DNA of 24,762 nt from a virus. The stretch lies in IMG/VR virus record IMGVR_UViG_3300028920_000048. The stretch is one strand, 5' to 3'. Numbering within the stretch: the first letter of the stretch is position 1; each line of letters starts with the position of its first letter. The notes beneath the pieces are model-generated. The model searched no databases. It worked only from the letters and a program-made list of their open reading frames with translations, and was not told the origin of the DNA. The position numbers and the translations under genes were made by a program. This document shows, piece by piece, positions 15,146 to 24,702 of this stretch.

Positions 15146-16072
15146 TCATCTAACCCCAAGATTAACACCACACGCCAACGTTGACGTGCTAACAAGTACT
15201 GTACGACCACTCTCATCGCGCTCAAAGACCGCCTCAATTTGCTGCCGCTTCGATCTGGACAAACCAGCATGATGAAACACAGCTCGACGACCATCTGCAC
15301 AAATCATGCGGCAAATCAAAGCCCCCAACTTCTTGCTATGTACAAACACAAGCATTCTGCGCCCAGAATACTGCCTTGATGCGGCTCTGACTTCTTTCGC
15401 AATCGCTTCAGTCCCATGACCTTCAGCTTGTTTGAACTCAAACCGTGTCTGTACCGGTTTCCAATCACTCACCGCGACCTTCGTAGGCTTACCGTTCAAC
15501 GACTTTAGCCAGATCGCCACTTGTTTAGCGTTTTCCAGTGTTGCAGACAACAAAACTATACGACACGAAGGACTCAAAGCAGTCAACCGCATCAAGGCAG
15601 TTTCCATGTGGCAACCACGTTCATCCCCAAGCAACTGGGACTCGTCGAAAACAGCACACCCAAGCAGCGAAAGCCAACCATAGTGCATGTCTGATCTCGT
15701 TCTGGCATCTAAGCACTCCAACGAACAAACTATTATGTCCGCTGCTTCGTACAAATCAGGATCGGAGGCAGCCATATCTCCGGTAACAAGGGCTCTCTTC
15801 AGCTTCGAGAACTCTGGCAATTCCGACCACGCTGCGTGCTTCTCTTCGGCGATGCTCTTAAACGGACTCACATACAAGCAAGACCGCTCCCACTCATGAT
15901 CTCCGAAGATTTGATAAGCCATAACGCACTCGGCAATGGCTGTCTTGCCCGCCGCCGTTGGGAAGCATACAACTAGGTTACAGTCTTCCACAGTAAGAGG
16001 CACAACGCCTGACTGTGCTGGATTGAACTCATCAAATGGGAAACTACACCAAGTAAATTCACTTGTGAGCAC
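15146..16072 (-). CDS. Hel308/Ski2-like SF2 helicase, N-terminal part (motifs Q to V)
   Basis: FNPAQ, PTAAGKT, DESQ, LSAT, FVHSK, FHHAGL, STSTLACGVNL, then stop. Confidence 0.88.
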   Translation of the reverse strand: MLTSEFTWCSFPFDEFNPAQSGVVPLTVEDCNLVVCFPTAAGKTAIAECVMAYQIFGDHEWERSCLYVSPFKSIAEEKHAAWSELPEFSKLKRALVTGDMAASDPDLYEAADIIVCSLECLDARTRSDMHYGWLSLLGCAVFDESQLLGDERGCHMETALMRLTALSPSCRIVLLSATLENAKQVAIWLKSLNGKPTKVAVSDWKPVQTRFEFKQAEGHGTEAIAKEVRAASRQYSGRRMLVFVHSKKLGALICRMICADGRRAVFHHAGLSRSKRQQIEAVFERDESGRTVLVSTSTLACGVNLGVR

Positions 16073-16073
16073 A

Positions 16074-16502
16074 TTATGCCCTCATCAACTTAGTTGCCCA
16101 TCGCTTAGCGTCCTTCACTGAGCCGATTTCGCCAAGCCTCTTCTGCTTGTTCCCAAGCTTCGCCATCACGACATTCGACTTCTTTGACACCATTATCTGA
16201 AGCATCTTATCGCCGGAAAACTGGTAAAACCTTACTTTGTCAGACTCTTGCGTCTTAACAAGCTCCCAACGCTTACCAATTTCGTCAATCAAAATCTCCC
16301 AAGGTTCTTTGGGTTCGTCGTTGACCGGACCAGGCTTTTGAGACTGAAATTCCTTCGTCCTCGCCTTGCACATTTCGGCAATCTGACATTCATCACGACA
16401 AGCAGGATGGTTCGGGTCATAATGACCGCAACAATCGCCTTCCGTAAGCTTCAACTTCCTGATGGCTTCCCTGACATCCTTTCTAACATCTTCGATAGAC
16501 AT
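16074..16502 (-). CDS. Hypothetical protein with N-terminal 4-Cys motif
   Basis: CCGHYDPNHPACRDECQIAEMC; SD GAGGTG. Confidence 0.8.
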   Translation of the reverse strand: MSIEDVRKDVREAIRKLKLTEGDCCGHYDPNHPACRDECQIAEMCKARTKEFQSQKPGPVNDEPKEPWEILIDEIGKRWELVKTQESDKVRFYQFSGDKMLQIMVSKKSNVVMAKLGNKQKRLGEIGSVKDAKRWATKLMRA

Positions 16503-16519
16503 GGCACCTCTCCACCAAG

Positions 16520-17254
16520 CTACTGGTTTACAATGAAAGTACGACCGACTACTGGACGAACATAACGATCCACGAACTTGTACACTTCTGAATAGGAACG
16601 ATTTGCCCTACGAGCAACCCCAGCCAGACTCAATCTGCCGGGACACGCCACACGACCCTCTTCATTCACAAACATCTCGCCAAGAATATCAACATGCTCA
16701 GGGTGATTCTCAAAAAGCTCAGCAACCAGACTCTCGAAATCCATACGAAAAGTAGTCGTGTCAACAGTATCAGGTGACACTCCCCGCATCATGGCTTTGC
16801 CAAAAATGTGGTTCTCTTTCCAGCGCTGAGAGTAGCCGTAATCTTGGTTGAGAACCGAACGACACACCCACCAAACCCAAGTGGAAACCTTGGACTTACT
16901 CGGATTGTAGGTCTTGATATAACGAAATATCTTAACCCAACAATCATTTACCAAGTCCTCAAAGTCATCACGACTCGTGGCATAGTATTTAGAAACCCTC
17001 TTCTTGATCAAGTTCACAATCAAGTCGTGAAAAATTGTCTTTTCCGCATCACTAGCCCAACCCTGCCCGATCCGAACAGCCAACCCTTCTTTTGTTACAG
17101 CCTTTCTAACAACAGGACATATCCGGGACGACCCATTCATGGTCCCCGCTTTGTGAACGACAACCGGTCGCTTGACACTACAGACAGGTAAACGAACGTC
17201 TCCCCAATTTACTAAAGTGGGCACACTGCCCTGAACAACCACATTCTCGTTCAT
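16520..17254 (-). CDS. Phage sigma-factor-like protein (sigma70 region 2 + HTH)
   Basis: DDFEDLVNDCWVKIFRYIKTYNPSKSKVSTWVWWVCRS region-2 pattern; C-terminal SLAGVARRANRSYSEV HTH. Confidence 0.75.
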   Translation of the reverse strand: MNENVVVQGSVPTLVNWGDVRLPVCSVKRPVVVHKAGTMNGSSRICPVVRKAVTKEGLAVRIGQGWASDAEKTIFHDLIVNLIKKRVSKYYATSRDDFEDLVNDCWVKIFRYIKTYNPSKSKVSTWVWWVCRSVLNQDYGYSQRWKENHIFGKAMMRGVSPDTVDTTTFRMDFESLVAELFENHPEHVDILGEMFVNEEGRVACPGRLSLAGVARRANRSYSEVYKFVDRYVRPVVGRTFIVNQ

Positions 17255-18306
17255 TTCTCCTCCGCTTGCTCAAACAAACGTTTGATGCGTGTCTTGTCCA
17301 AATTCTTAGGGTCCAAATCATCTGGAGTCTGAACAATAAAGGTAGAAAAAAACTGAACTAGCCTCTCTGCGATCTTCTCGGAAGCAGCCACACCGGCAGG
17401 GTCGCCGTCCATCATTACAAAGATGCGCTTTGGGGCACGCTCGGTCAACAATGCGAGCTGCTCATCGCTGAGCCCGCTGTGCAACAGTGCTAGAGCATAA
17501 AAACCCTCCTGCGTAAGCTTCATCTTGTCACGTGCACCTTCGACCAGAACCACCTCGTCAACCTTTTCGGGCAAGTCGTCAATCCCATACAGAAACCGAG
17601 TCATGCCCATATTCTTCGGATAGAGAACCTTCTTGTAGTCGTCTTCTCCAAGTCCGGGATGGCGCTTCACCCATTCTTTTGCCCCAAGAATGTCATTTGC
17701 AACGAAACCAACAATCTCAGCGTTCTGGAAAAAAGGAATGATGACCCTATCATTATAGAAGCCCCAAGTTCTCTGAAACACACAATGAGCCTTGACAGTC
17801 TCAGACGTGATGTTGGTTGGCGATTTGCCGGGAGGCTCCCAAAAGTATCTGAATCCAGAATCCAAAACAAATCCACGCTCCACCTCTCTCTCCATATTGT
17901 TGACAAGCCTAACCTTTGGCTTGCTATCCTTCAGTTTTGACTTGCCGTTACCACGAAGACCCTTAAGCTTGTACCGAAGCCTCCGGACAGCTAAAGCTCC
18001 AGCATCCCAATCGCTCCCTACTATGAACCTCGCAGCCTCGTCGTGCGAACACTCTAGTAAACGAGCCGCCGTGTAGACCAAGTTGCTCTTGCGGTCCTCA
18101 GTAAAGCAAATCGTTTGACCGGTTTCAGTGTAGATGTACCACTTAGGATGAGACGGCTCGCGGTCGACGTAGAGATGATGGTCTGGACAGTATGCAACAA
18201 GGCTTTCGCCCGACTGACGAACCACCGTCACTCCCAGCCTGTCGAGCACCTCTTCGAGATCAATCAACTCCATGAGCCAACTAATATCTCTGTACTTGTC
18301 TGACAT
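17251..18306 (-). CDS. DNA primase (DnaG-like, TOPRIM)
   Basis: N-terminal CPDH Zn-finger variant, DRVIIP, LVEGARD, MDGDPAG. Confidence 0.9.
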   Translation of the reverse strand: MSDKYRDISWLMELIDLEEVLDRLGVTVVRQSGESLVAYCPDHHLYVDREPSHPKWYIYTETGQTICFTEDRKSNLVYTAARLLECSHDEAARFIVGSDWDAGALAVRRLRYKLKGLRGNGKSKLKDSKPKVRLVNNMEREVERGFVLDSGFRYFWEPPGKSPTNITSETVKAHCVFQRTWGFYNDRVIIPFFQNAEIVGFVANDILGAKEWVKRHPGLGEDDYKKVLYPKNMGMTRFLYGIDDLPEKVDEVVLVEGARDKMKLTQEGFYALALLHSGLSDEQLALLTERAPKRIFVMMDGDPAGVAASEKIAERLVQFFSTFIVQTPDDLDPKNLDKTRIKRLFEQAEEK

Positions 18307-18323
18307 CGCAGTCTATTGATTTC

Positions 18324-19355
18324 TCAACTATCCAAACGCAGCACAGAGCCACGAAAATAACGTCTTCTGGTCTCAGCATCGAAACCAGTAAACTCACCCT
18401 TGCTGGAATCAAGAGCAAGGAAATCATAACACTGAGCAAGCTCCTGATCCATTGCCCTTGCATACGAAAGCAAACAAGCTTCTGCGGTCATCGGCTTTAT
18501 TCCATAGTGTGGAGAAGCCATTACGGCGTGTTCCAATCGCACCATAACTTCCCGACGTTCTGCATCCAATTCCCAAGCCGAACTGACGGCGGCAATCCGT
18601 TTCAACGTACAGCCACGAAGACCAATCAGAGACGCAGCATTTGTCTGAATCGTCCCACAGCCCTTAATCTCATAAGCATCCACAGCACCCACACCAAAAA
18701 GCAAAGCAGCGGCCCGAGCAATCGCGTGTTGTGAGACACTCAAACCAGCTGCATAATCCACATAGGTGTACGTGGAGACCGTACATGCCAACAACCCACC
18801 TTGGCAACCATAACGTACGCCCTCGCCAAGGGGACTGCTCAAAAACTGCGCCGTGAACCCGTCTGTGAAAACGCCAAACAACACCTTACTGATCATGTTG
18901 CCGACAACTTCCGGCGTCGTCTTAACGGCACGCAAATCTGCCAACGCAGCAAGAAAGTCCCTGCGGTCCTGCTCGTGAGTCTCGGAGAACCGAATGTAGT
19001 TACTCAAATCGGCTGGCTCATCAACCTGAACTATGCTATTCTGAGCGATAATAATCTGAGCCTGCCCCGCATACTCCTCGACATGCGCCGTCAACTTAAC
19101 CCAACTCTCGTCGGGAACTTCTTCCACACCCCAATACCGTGTAAGCGACCAACCAGACTTATCGGCCAACTCGAAGTCCATAAAGGTACGACCGTTCTTC
19201 GCCTGCCTCTTAAACGACCGTCGAACAAAGTAAGTTCCGCTAAATTTCTGTCCGATTTCTACATGATTGATCAGCACATGCTCGCTCTTACCTGCCTTCT
19301 TCGTCTTCGCCCTCTTCCCATACTTCGCCAGCAACCCTTCAGACACATTAGCCAT
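18324..19355 (-). CDS. YhaM-like OB-fold + degenerate HD-domain protein
   Basis: AKNGRTFMDFELADKSG...VEEYAGQAQII OB fold, GGLLACT, AALLFGVG, PMTAEA. Confidence 0.75.
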   Translation of the reverse strand: MANVSEGLLAKYGKRAKTKKAGKSEHVLINHVEIGQKFSGTYFVRRSFKRQAKNGRTFMDFELADKSGWSLTRYWGVEEVPDESWVKLTAHVEEYAGQAQIIIAQNSIVQVDEPADLSNYIRFSETHEQDRRDFLAALADLRAVKTTPEVVGNMISKVLFGVFTDGFTAQFLSSPLGEGVRYGCQGGLLACTVSTYTYVDYAAGLSVSQHAIARAAALLFGVGAVDAYEIKGCGTIQTNAASLIGLRGCTLKRIAAVSSAWELDAERREVMVRLEHAVMASPHYGIKPMTAEACLLSYARAMDQELAQCYDFLALDSSKGEFTGFDAETRRRYFRGSVLRLDS

Positions 19356-19384
19356 GACACACTCCTTTTCGAGTCATTAAGACC

Positions 19385-19413
19385 ATTATAACACAAACCA
19401 CGCCCAACTGCAA
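19385..19413 (-). promoter_or_regulatory. sigma70-type promoter upstream of the YhaM-like gene
   Basis: TTGCAG, 17-nt spacer ending in TGt, TATAAT, in the intergenic gap. Confidence 0.7.
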
Positions 19414-19441
19414 AAGAAAGCCCTATTAGACCATCAAAATC

Positions 19442-21019
19442 CTACATCTTGCGCTTCTTTTTGAAACGCTGAAGACCACTTACAATGGCTTTGTCCTCAG
19501 CCTCGTCCACCTTTGCCGACACATCCAACGCCTTCTCGTCTTCGTCCCCGGACTTGGACTCAAAATCGACCTTCGGCTCTGATTTTGTCACCATAGTCTT
19601 GGTGGATTTTTCACTTGGAACATCTTTGTCATCGTCCGGGTCTTTAATCCCCTTTTCCTCATCGCTCCCCTTTGGGATTTCCCTGACGAATCCACTTTTC
19701 ACCTCACGCAGCATTTTGAAACCAAATGGAGGACCATCACGGTTTTTAACTACGTTGGCCTTCCAGTAAATGTCTCGCTCGCCCTCTTCCCGATCATCCT
19801 GATAACTGACACGATGCAACTCCATAATACCCATAACGGTCTGAGCATCGTGAGATTTCTTTTTGCTACCATAAAGATCATACTTCTGAAACGTCTTATT
19901 TTTCGTCTGTTTTTCTTCCACAGCCGTCGCCGCCTGCGTCGGAATCACGATAGGACAATCAATACACTTGGACAACGCCCTGATGTCGGAAGAAATTCGA
20001 GCTTCCATACCCGTCTCAGTAAGCCGCACACCAGCAATCGGAGTCGGAGCAAACTTGTCCATGTAATCAATTACGATCACATCTGCGGACAACCCCATCT
20101 GAGTATGCTCGTAGAAAGCCCGCTCGACCTCACGAACGGTCGTATCCTGCGGTATTTCCTTAACATAGACACGACCGAACTCGCCGGACTTCATGCTTTC
20201 CATAACTTGACGCCAGTTCTCAATCTCTTCATCACTAAGCTTGCCGCGCTTGAAATCCAAGTAATTGAGCCGACTGTAAAGTGCATCAAACTTCGATGTC
20301 ACCTGAATCTCGTTTTCCTCGTTTGAGATATACAAAACGCTCTTACCGGTATGAATAATATTGTACGAAACCATTTTCACAAACGTAGACTTTCCAACAC
20401 CGGTCACCGCACCAATGACTGTAACCTCGGACTTGAACAAACCACCAGTATAGTAATCAAACGTACCAAACCCCGTCTGAACTCCCGCGTACTTGGCTGG
20501 ATTATTGCGCTTGTCAATTACAAGAGCAATCCGGTCCTCAAAAGTTTCAACCACATCAACAATCGGTCTGTCGTCCCCCTTAGAGCCAATATAGAGCGGT
20601 TCTGTTCTGATCCTTTGAAGCGCCACCGGAACCTCACCACGCTCCAAGTCATCAACCACATCCCCCATAACATCAGAGATTTCCCTGCCCACAGCCAGCT
20701 CTTCAAGCTCGGTAGCGATCATTTCGGGACTCTCAGGAACGTCCATTTTCTGAATGAGATTCCATTCAAGCTCCAAATCGTTCTTCTCTTCTGCAAGTCC
20801 CCGCTTCTGAAGCACAGCAAATAGTATACGACGAGTGAAAACCGACTTCGTTTTCTCATAGCACCTAACGATCAAATTAAGCAACTCACGACGCACAAAG
20901 CCAGTAAACCAACGACTCTGCACAACATGCACAAACCGCTGCAAGGTCATCTTGTCCCTTATCAGCAGCCTAAGCATCGCTCTTTCGAGATCACGACTTA
21001 TAAATCTGTCGACACTCAT
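19442..21019 (-). CDS. dnaB: DnaB-like replicative helicase
   Basis: GVQTGF..FD..TGG, GAVTGVGKS, SNE, VIDY, PTQ, KNRDG. Confidence 0.92.
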   Translation of the reverse strand: MSVDRFISRDLERAMLRLLIRDKMTLQRFVHVVQSRWFTGFVRRELLNLIVRCYEKTKSVFTRRILFAVLQKRGLAEEKNDLELEWNLIQKMDVPESPEMIATELEELAVGREISDVMGDVVDDLERGEVPVALQRIRTEPLYIGSKGDDRPIVDVVETFEDRIALVIDKRNNPAKYAGVQTGFGTFDYYTGGLFKSEVTVIGAVTGVGKSTFVKMVSYNIIHTGKSVLYISNEENEIQVTSKFDALYSRLNYLDFKRGKLSDEEIENWRQVMESMKSGEFGRVYVKEIPQDTTVREVERAFYEHTQMGLSADVIVIDYMDKFAPTPIAGVRLTETGMEARISSDIRALSKCIDCPIVIPTQAATAVEEKQTKNKTFQKYDLYGSKKKSHDAQTVMGIMELHRVSYQDDREEGERDIYWKANVVKNRDGPPFGFKMLREVKSGFVREIPKGSDEEKGIKDPDDDKDVPSEKSTKTMVTKSEPKVDFESKSGDEDEKALDVSAKVDEAEDKAIVSGLQRFKKKRKM

Positions 21020-24000
21020 AAAAGCTCCAAAAGCTCCTTACGGCTCAACTTTCGCACGAAACCAAGCCCCAAATCATCGTCACCAAGCACTTCAGCCGTA
21101 ACGGTCGACCTACCATATAATGCCGCTCGCACACGCTCTTCAACAGTATTACGACAAACAAAATTGATCACCGTAACACAGCCCTCTTGCTTGATCCGGT
21201 GGCACCTATCTTCCCGCTGCTTCATGACAAACGGCACCCAACGATCATCATAGTTCACTACGTAGTGGGCACCAATCAAATTGAGCCCCTCTGACATGGC
21301 ATCAGTACCCACAATAACGTCAATCTTCGGATCAGTATTGAAACGTTCAGCCATCGCAGGGCGCTTTTTCTTCGGTGTATTACCCCACATATAGAGACAA
21401 TTGATTCCCAGTTCTTTCAACTCACGCAAGATGATCTCAGCCATGTCAGAGAACTGACTAAAAACGACCACCTTCTGACAATCTTCATGCACAAGCTCTG
21501 TCATCACGTCCAAAAACACTTCCATCTTCGACGCTAACGGAAGGTCAAAGTCCAATATTTCAGGATGGTCACAAAACTGTTTACAACGCAACACAGCCGT
21601 CAAAGCAGCCGCCTCGCTCTCCTCGTCCACGTCAGCATCATAAAGCCCCTCCTTGATCTCCCCGTAAATCTCCATCTCTTTCGGACTGAGAATAATCTGG
21701 CGAGTCTGATAGACCTTATCCGGCAAATCAGGAAGCACTTTCTTCTTGAGCCGTCGAAGGAAAAAAAATCCGATCTTCTTCTTGACTCGCTTCAAGCCCT
21801 TATAGCGAATTGGCCTGCCAAAGTAATCAAAAACAGCGTGCCTCTCAAGGAAAGCAGTCTTGGTCCCGAGCAACCGAGGAACGACCCAATCCATGACAGA
21901 GTGTAAGTCCTCCAACCTTCCGTCCATCGGTGTACCGGTCAGCCCAATACGAAACTTGGACTTAATTCTCTTGACGTTCTTTGTTCGCTTCGCCTTATGA
22001 GACCTAATCGCATGAATTTCGTCGCAAATCATCATATCCCACACACGTTCACGTACGGGCTTGAGCAGTTTAGCTCTCTCCTCAGCCTTCTCAATCATTT
22101 CAACCTTCTTCTCAATGGTTGCCTCGTCGTCGTCCTTGTGGATTACACGCTCCTTCCCGCCAAAAAGGTCTTCCAGTAGCAACTCATAGTTCACAATATA
22201 GAAGAAAACGTCATCGGTAAGCCACTGTCCGACCCGCTTGTCTGGATCGCCCTTGGCGTCGATCACAACGTACGACTCATCAGTGAACTTCTCGATCTCC
22301 ACGGGCCAGTTCCACTTCAAGCTCGCCGGAGTCACGATCAGACAATGCTCCGACCCACATTCGTACTTCATGTAGCAAGCCGTCGCCAAAGCCTGAATGG
22401 TGTTATGTGTAACCATTAGATCAGTTAAGTAATTCGGCTCTCCATACATCTCGAAATCATAAAGCCATCCATCCCACTGACGATCCTCAGTTGATGAAAC
22501 TTGAAGCCAAAAGAAATCTGGACTAGCAAGCATCTCAAGTTTCGTCAAGAGAGCCCCGATGCGATCACCATGCACAGATAACGCTGTTCTGGAATTCTCA
22601 CGTCTTGCAGCCCATCGGCCTTTAAGCGACGACAATCCGTCCCGCAAATAACCACGAACAGTCTGAACAATCCGAAACACAACATCCCTTGACGGATTTT
22701 GTGGTTCAACAGCATCGCTCATGTAAACCCTAGAGCACATCCCCAAAGCACGAAAAGACAAACCTGTCAAGTCTTTAAGCTCGCATAACAAACTGCGGCA
22801 TGGCACACTCAGTCCTACATTGGCGTTAGCTATCCTCCCGCATAATTGATCCAACTTCCGGGTCTTTTCCGCATCGCCGAAACCAATAGCCTGACGAAAA
22901 ACTCTCGCAAACTGCCCACCTATGGTTAGTCGCCAATATTCCTGTACCCCCTTTCTCGTTTCAACAACTTTTGGTGAGATCAAGCCTAGAACACCGAACC
23001 TTCTAAGCATGAAATGAACTGCATCAACAACCTTTCTTGACTTCGACGAAAGCTCAAGATTGTCCTCGTTGCAGCAACCTTCTGCGTCCCAATAAGCCCG
23101 AAGAAATTCCCTTACGACATCCATTCTGGCATTCTGAATACGCAGCGGCACAACCTTATTAGCAGACCTCTCACCCCAACGATAGTCTGGAAACTCACTC
23201 TCGACCTTCATTTTGTACTTCCGACTACATAGGTACAAAACATGCACACTACGATCAGTACGCACCCCAGACACATCCGTATAGTCAAACCCAGCCGACA
23301 GAAACCACTCATGCAAGTCATCCAAGATACGTCTGTCTTTTTGTGTTATCGTGAGAGTGTTACCACTCGATCTTGGTTCATGTCCCTCTGCAATCTGCCA
23401 TGCAAGAAATCGTGCTAATCCCACATCAACATCCTCTGGCACTGGAACATCTATCCGGGCCGCAACTCGAACCCAATCCTCTCCCTCTACAAGATCGGCT
23501 GCCCGCTTCCAACCATCAAGTGTCCAAAAGCCATGACGAAGACCAACATCAGTATATGAACCGTCTTGAAGCATAACACGACGAATTGTTGACGCCTTCT
23601 CTCGATAAATGCTCTTCACCGATTGCCATACGACTCGATCCACAATGCTTGAAATAAGACGCAATGAACGCCCACTCTTCAAAGCGTACCACTCTCCTCC
23701 ATCGCTCTCCACTTTCAATGGCTTCGTTTGGAAATCTCTTTCAAAAACATCACCAATCGTACGCCTTCCCATCTCAGACATCACACTGGATTCAGACACC
23801 GAACACTTGCCCAGTCCCATCTCGTCCGCAATGAGAACGCCCGTCCCGTTCGTCACTGCAAACAAGACACCCCAACGCTGATAGTTGTAAAGACGCTCTC
23901 CTGATCCCTTGATGCCCGGTATGCGCAACTTGATCGGCTTGTTCTTCTTCGCATTCCTGACAATACACTCCAGTTTCTCTTCCAGCTCGATCTGCGCTAC

Positions 24001-24204
24001 AAGCTTGTCCTCCAGATCGGGCTCAACCAGAACGTAATCAGGACCGTCCAGCAAGGCGGATACATTCTCTACCGTGAACGGCATGTGCCAACAGTTCCGA
24101 TTCCAAGCAGCTCCCAAACTCTTCGGGAGCTGCTTGTCGCCACGCTGGCAACGGTAGACAATCTCCCCGTCGATGATTCTGAGGAAGTATTCATCATAAG
24201 ACAT
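21016..24204 (-). CDS. SNF2-family helicase/ATPase containing an intein
   Basis: LYNYQ, ADEMGLGK|intein|TIQAL, DEIH, LTGTP, VFSQF, EGLNL, QREDRCHRI. Confidence 0.93.
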   Translation of the reverse strand: MSYDEYFLRIIDGEIVYRCQRGDKQLPKSLGAAWNRNCWHMPFTVENVSALLDGPDYVLVEPDLEDKLVAQIELEEKLECIVRNAKKNKPIKLRIPGIKGSGERLYNYQRWGVLFAVTNGTGVLIADEMGLGKCSVSESSVMSEMGRRTIGDVFERDFQTKPLKVESDGGEWYALKSGRSLRLISSIVDRVVWQSVKSIYREKASTIRRVMLQDGSYTDVGLRHGFWTLDGWKRAADLVEGEDWVRVAARIDVPVPEDVDVGLARFLAWQIAEGHEPRSSGNTLTITQKDRRILDDLHEWFLSAGFDYTDVSGVRTDRSVHVLYLCSRKYKMKVESEFPDYRWGERSANKVVPLRIQNARMDVVREFLRAYWDAEGCCNEDNLELSSKSRKVVDAVHFMLRRFGVLGLISPKVVETRKGVQEYWRLTIGGQFARVFRQAIGFGDAEKTRKLDQLCGRIANANVGLSVPCRSLLCELKDLTGLSFRALGMCSRVYMSDAVEPQNPSRDVVFRIVQTVRGYLRDGLSSLKGRWAARRENSRTALSVHGDRIGALLTKLEMLASPDFFWLQVSSTEDRQWDGWLYDFEMYGEPNYLTDLMVTHNTIQALATACYMKYECGSEHCLIVTPASLKWNWPVEIEKFTDESYVVIDAKGDPDKRVGQWLTDDVFFYIVNYELLLEDLFGGKERVIHKDDDEATIEKKVEMIEKAEERAKLLKPVRERVWDMMICDEIHAIRSHKAKRTKNVKRIKSKFRIGLTGTPMDGRLEDLHSVMDWVVPRLLGTKTAFLERHAVFDYFGRPIRYKGLKRVKKKIGFFFLRRLKKKVLPDLPDKVYQTRQIILSPKEMEIYGEIKEGLYDADVDEESEAAALTAVLRCKQFCDHPEILDFDLPLASKMEVFLDVMTELVHEDCQKVVVFSQFSDMAEIILRELKELGINCLYMWGNTPKKKRPAMAERFNTDPKIDVIVGTDAMSEGLNLIGAHYVVNYDDRWVPFVMKQREDRCHRIKQEGCVTVINFVCRNTVEERVRAALYGRSTVTAEVLGDDDLGLGFVRKLSRKELLELL
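22402..23805 (-). mobile_element. Intein with LAGLIDADG endonuclease in SNF2 motif I (468 aa)
   Basis: Begins CSVSES, ends MVTHN before Thr; FLAWQIAEG and FLRAYWDAEG; block F LYDFEM. Confidence 0.93.
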
Positions 24205-24213
24205 ACGACAACC

Positions 24214-24702
24214 TCAAGTCACTGGCTGTTTGAGGTCAATCAGACCTTCAAGAACCGTTGCCTGCTTACCTGAAGCAACTTGTACGTGCATGTCAAAAAC
24301 GTATTGTTCATACACGTCAAGCGACGAGGTATCAGAAGGGATTAAATAGAAGAGCACCTCGCCTCTGTCGGCTGATCCTATCTGTCCCTGAGCTGGCACT
24401 GCCGTGGACTTCTGAACCAAAATCGGACCATCCTTCGTCCGCCTCATCGTAAATTTGCATGTCGCTCCGGTCAAGTCCACGATATTGTCGTCTTGATCAC
24501 GTACGTACAGACGAAGCGTTCTGTCGCTCCCTGCATACAACTCTACATTGTAATATGGCACCTGAGAAGCCCTCGACAATAGTCTATGTGGCAATCTTGA
24601 CATGTAACCAATGAAGGTCTGCCGCCAAACAAACTCACCATTCAACTCAAGCGGCTCAGAGTCCGCACCGTAGTCATAAAAAGCTTCCAGTCTTCCCGTC
24701 AT
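24214..24702 (-). CDS. BppU N-terminal-like virion structural protein
   Basis: YAGSDRTLRLYVRD...VDLTGATCKF...GEV...PSDT..L...YVFD pattern; SD GAGGAG. Confidence 0.6.
   Translation of the reverse strand: MTGRLEAFYDYGADSEPLELNGEFVWRQTFIGYMSRLPHRLLSRASQVPYYNVELYAGSDRTLRLYVRDQDDNIVDLTGATCKFTMRRTKDGPILVQKSTAVPAQGQIGSADRGEVLFYLIPSDTSSLDVYEQYVFDMHVQVASGKQATVLEGLIDLKQPVT

Noticed and set aside
15133-15148. Stop-codon reassignment or TGA read-through fusing the helicase N part to ThyA (same frame)
   Set aside because: TGA, TAG and TAA all end conserved genes at expected positions, often in overlaps with the next start; nothing supports recoding.
388-24452. Many plus-strand ORFs (e.g. 1033-2160, 6456-7172, 11700-12413)
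   Set aside because: They are antisense shadows of well-supported minus-strand genes.
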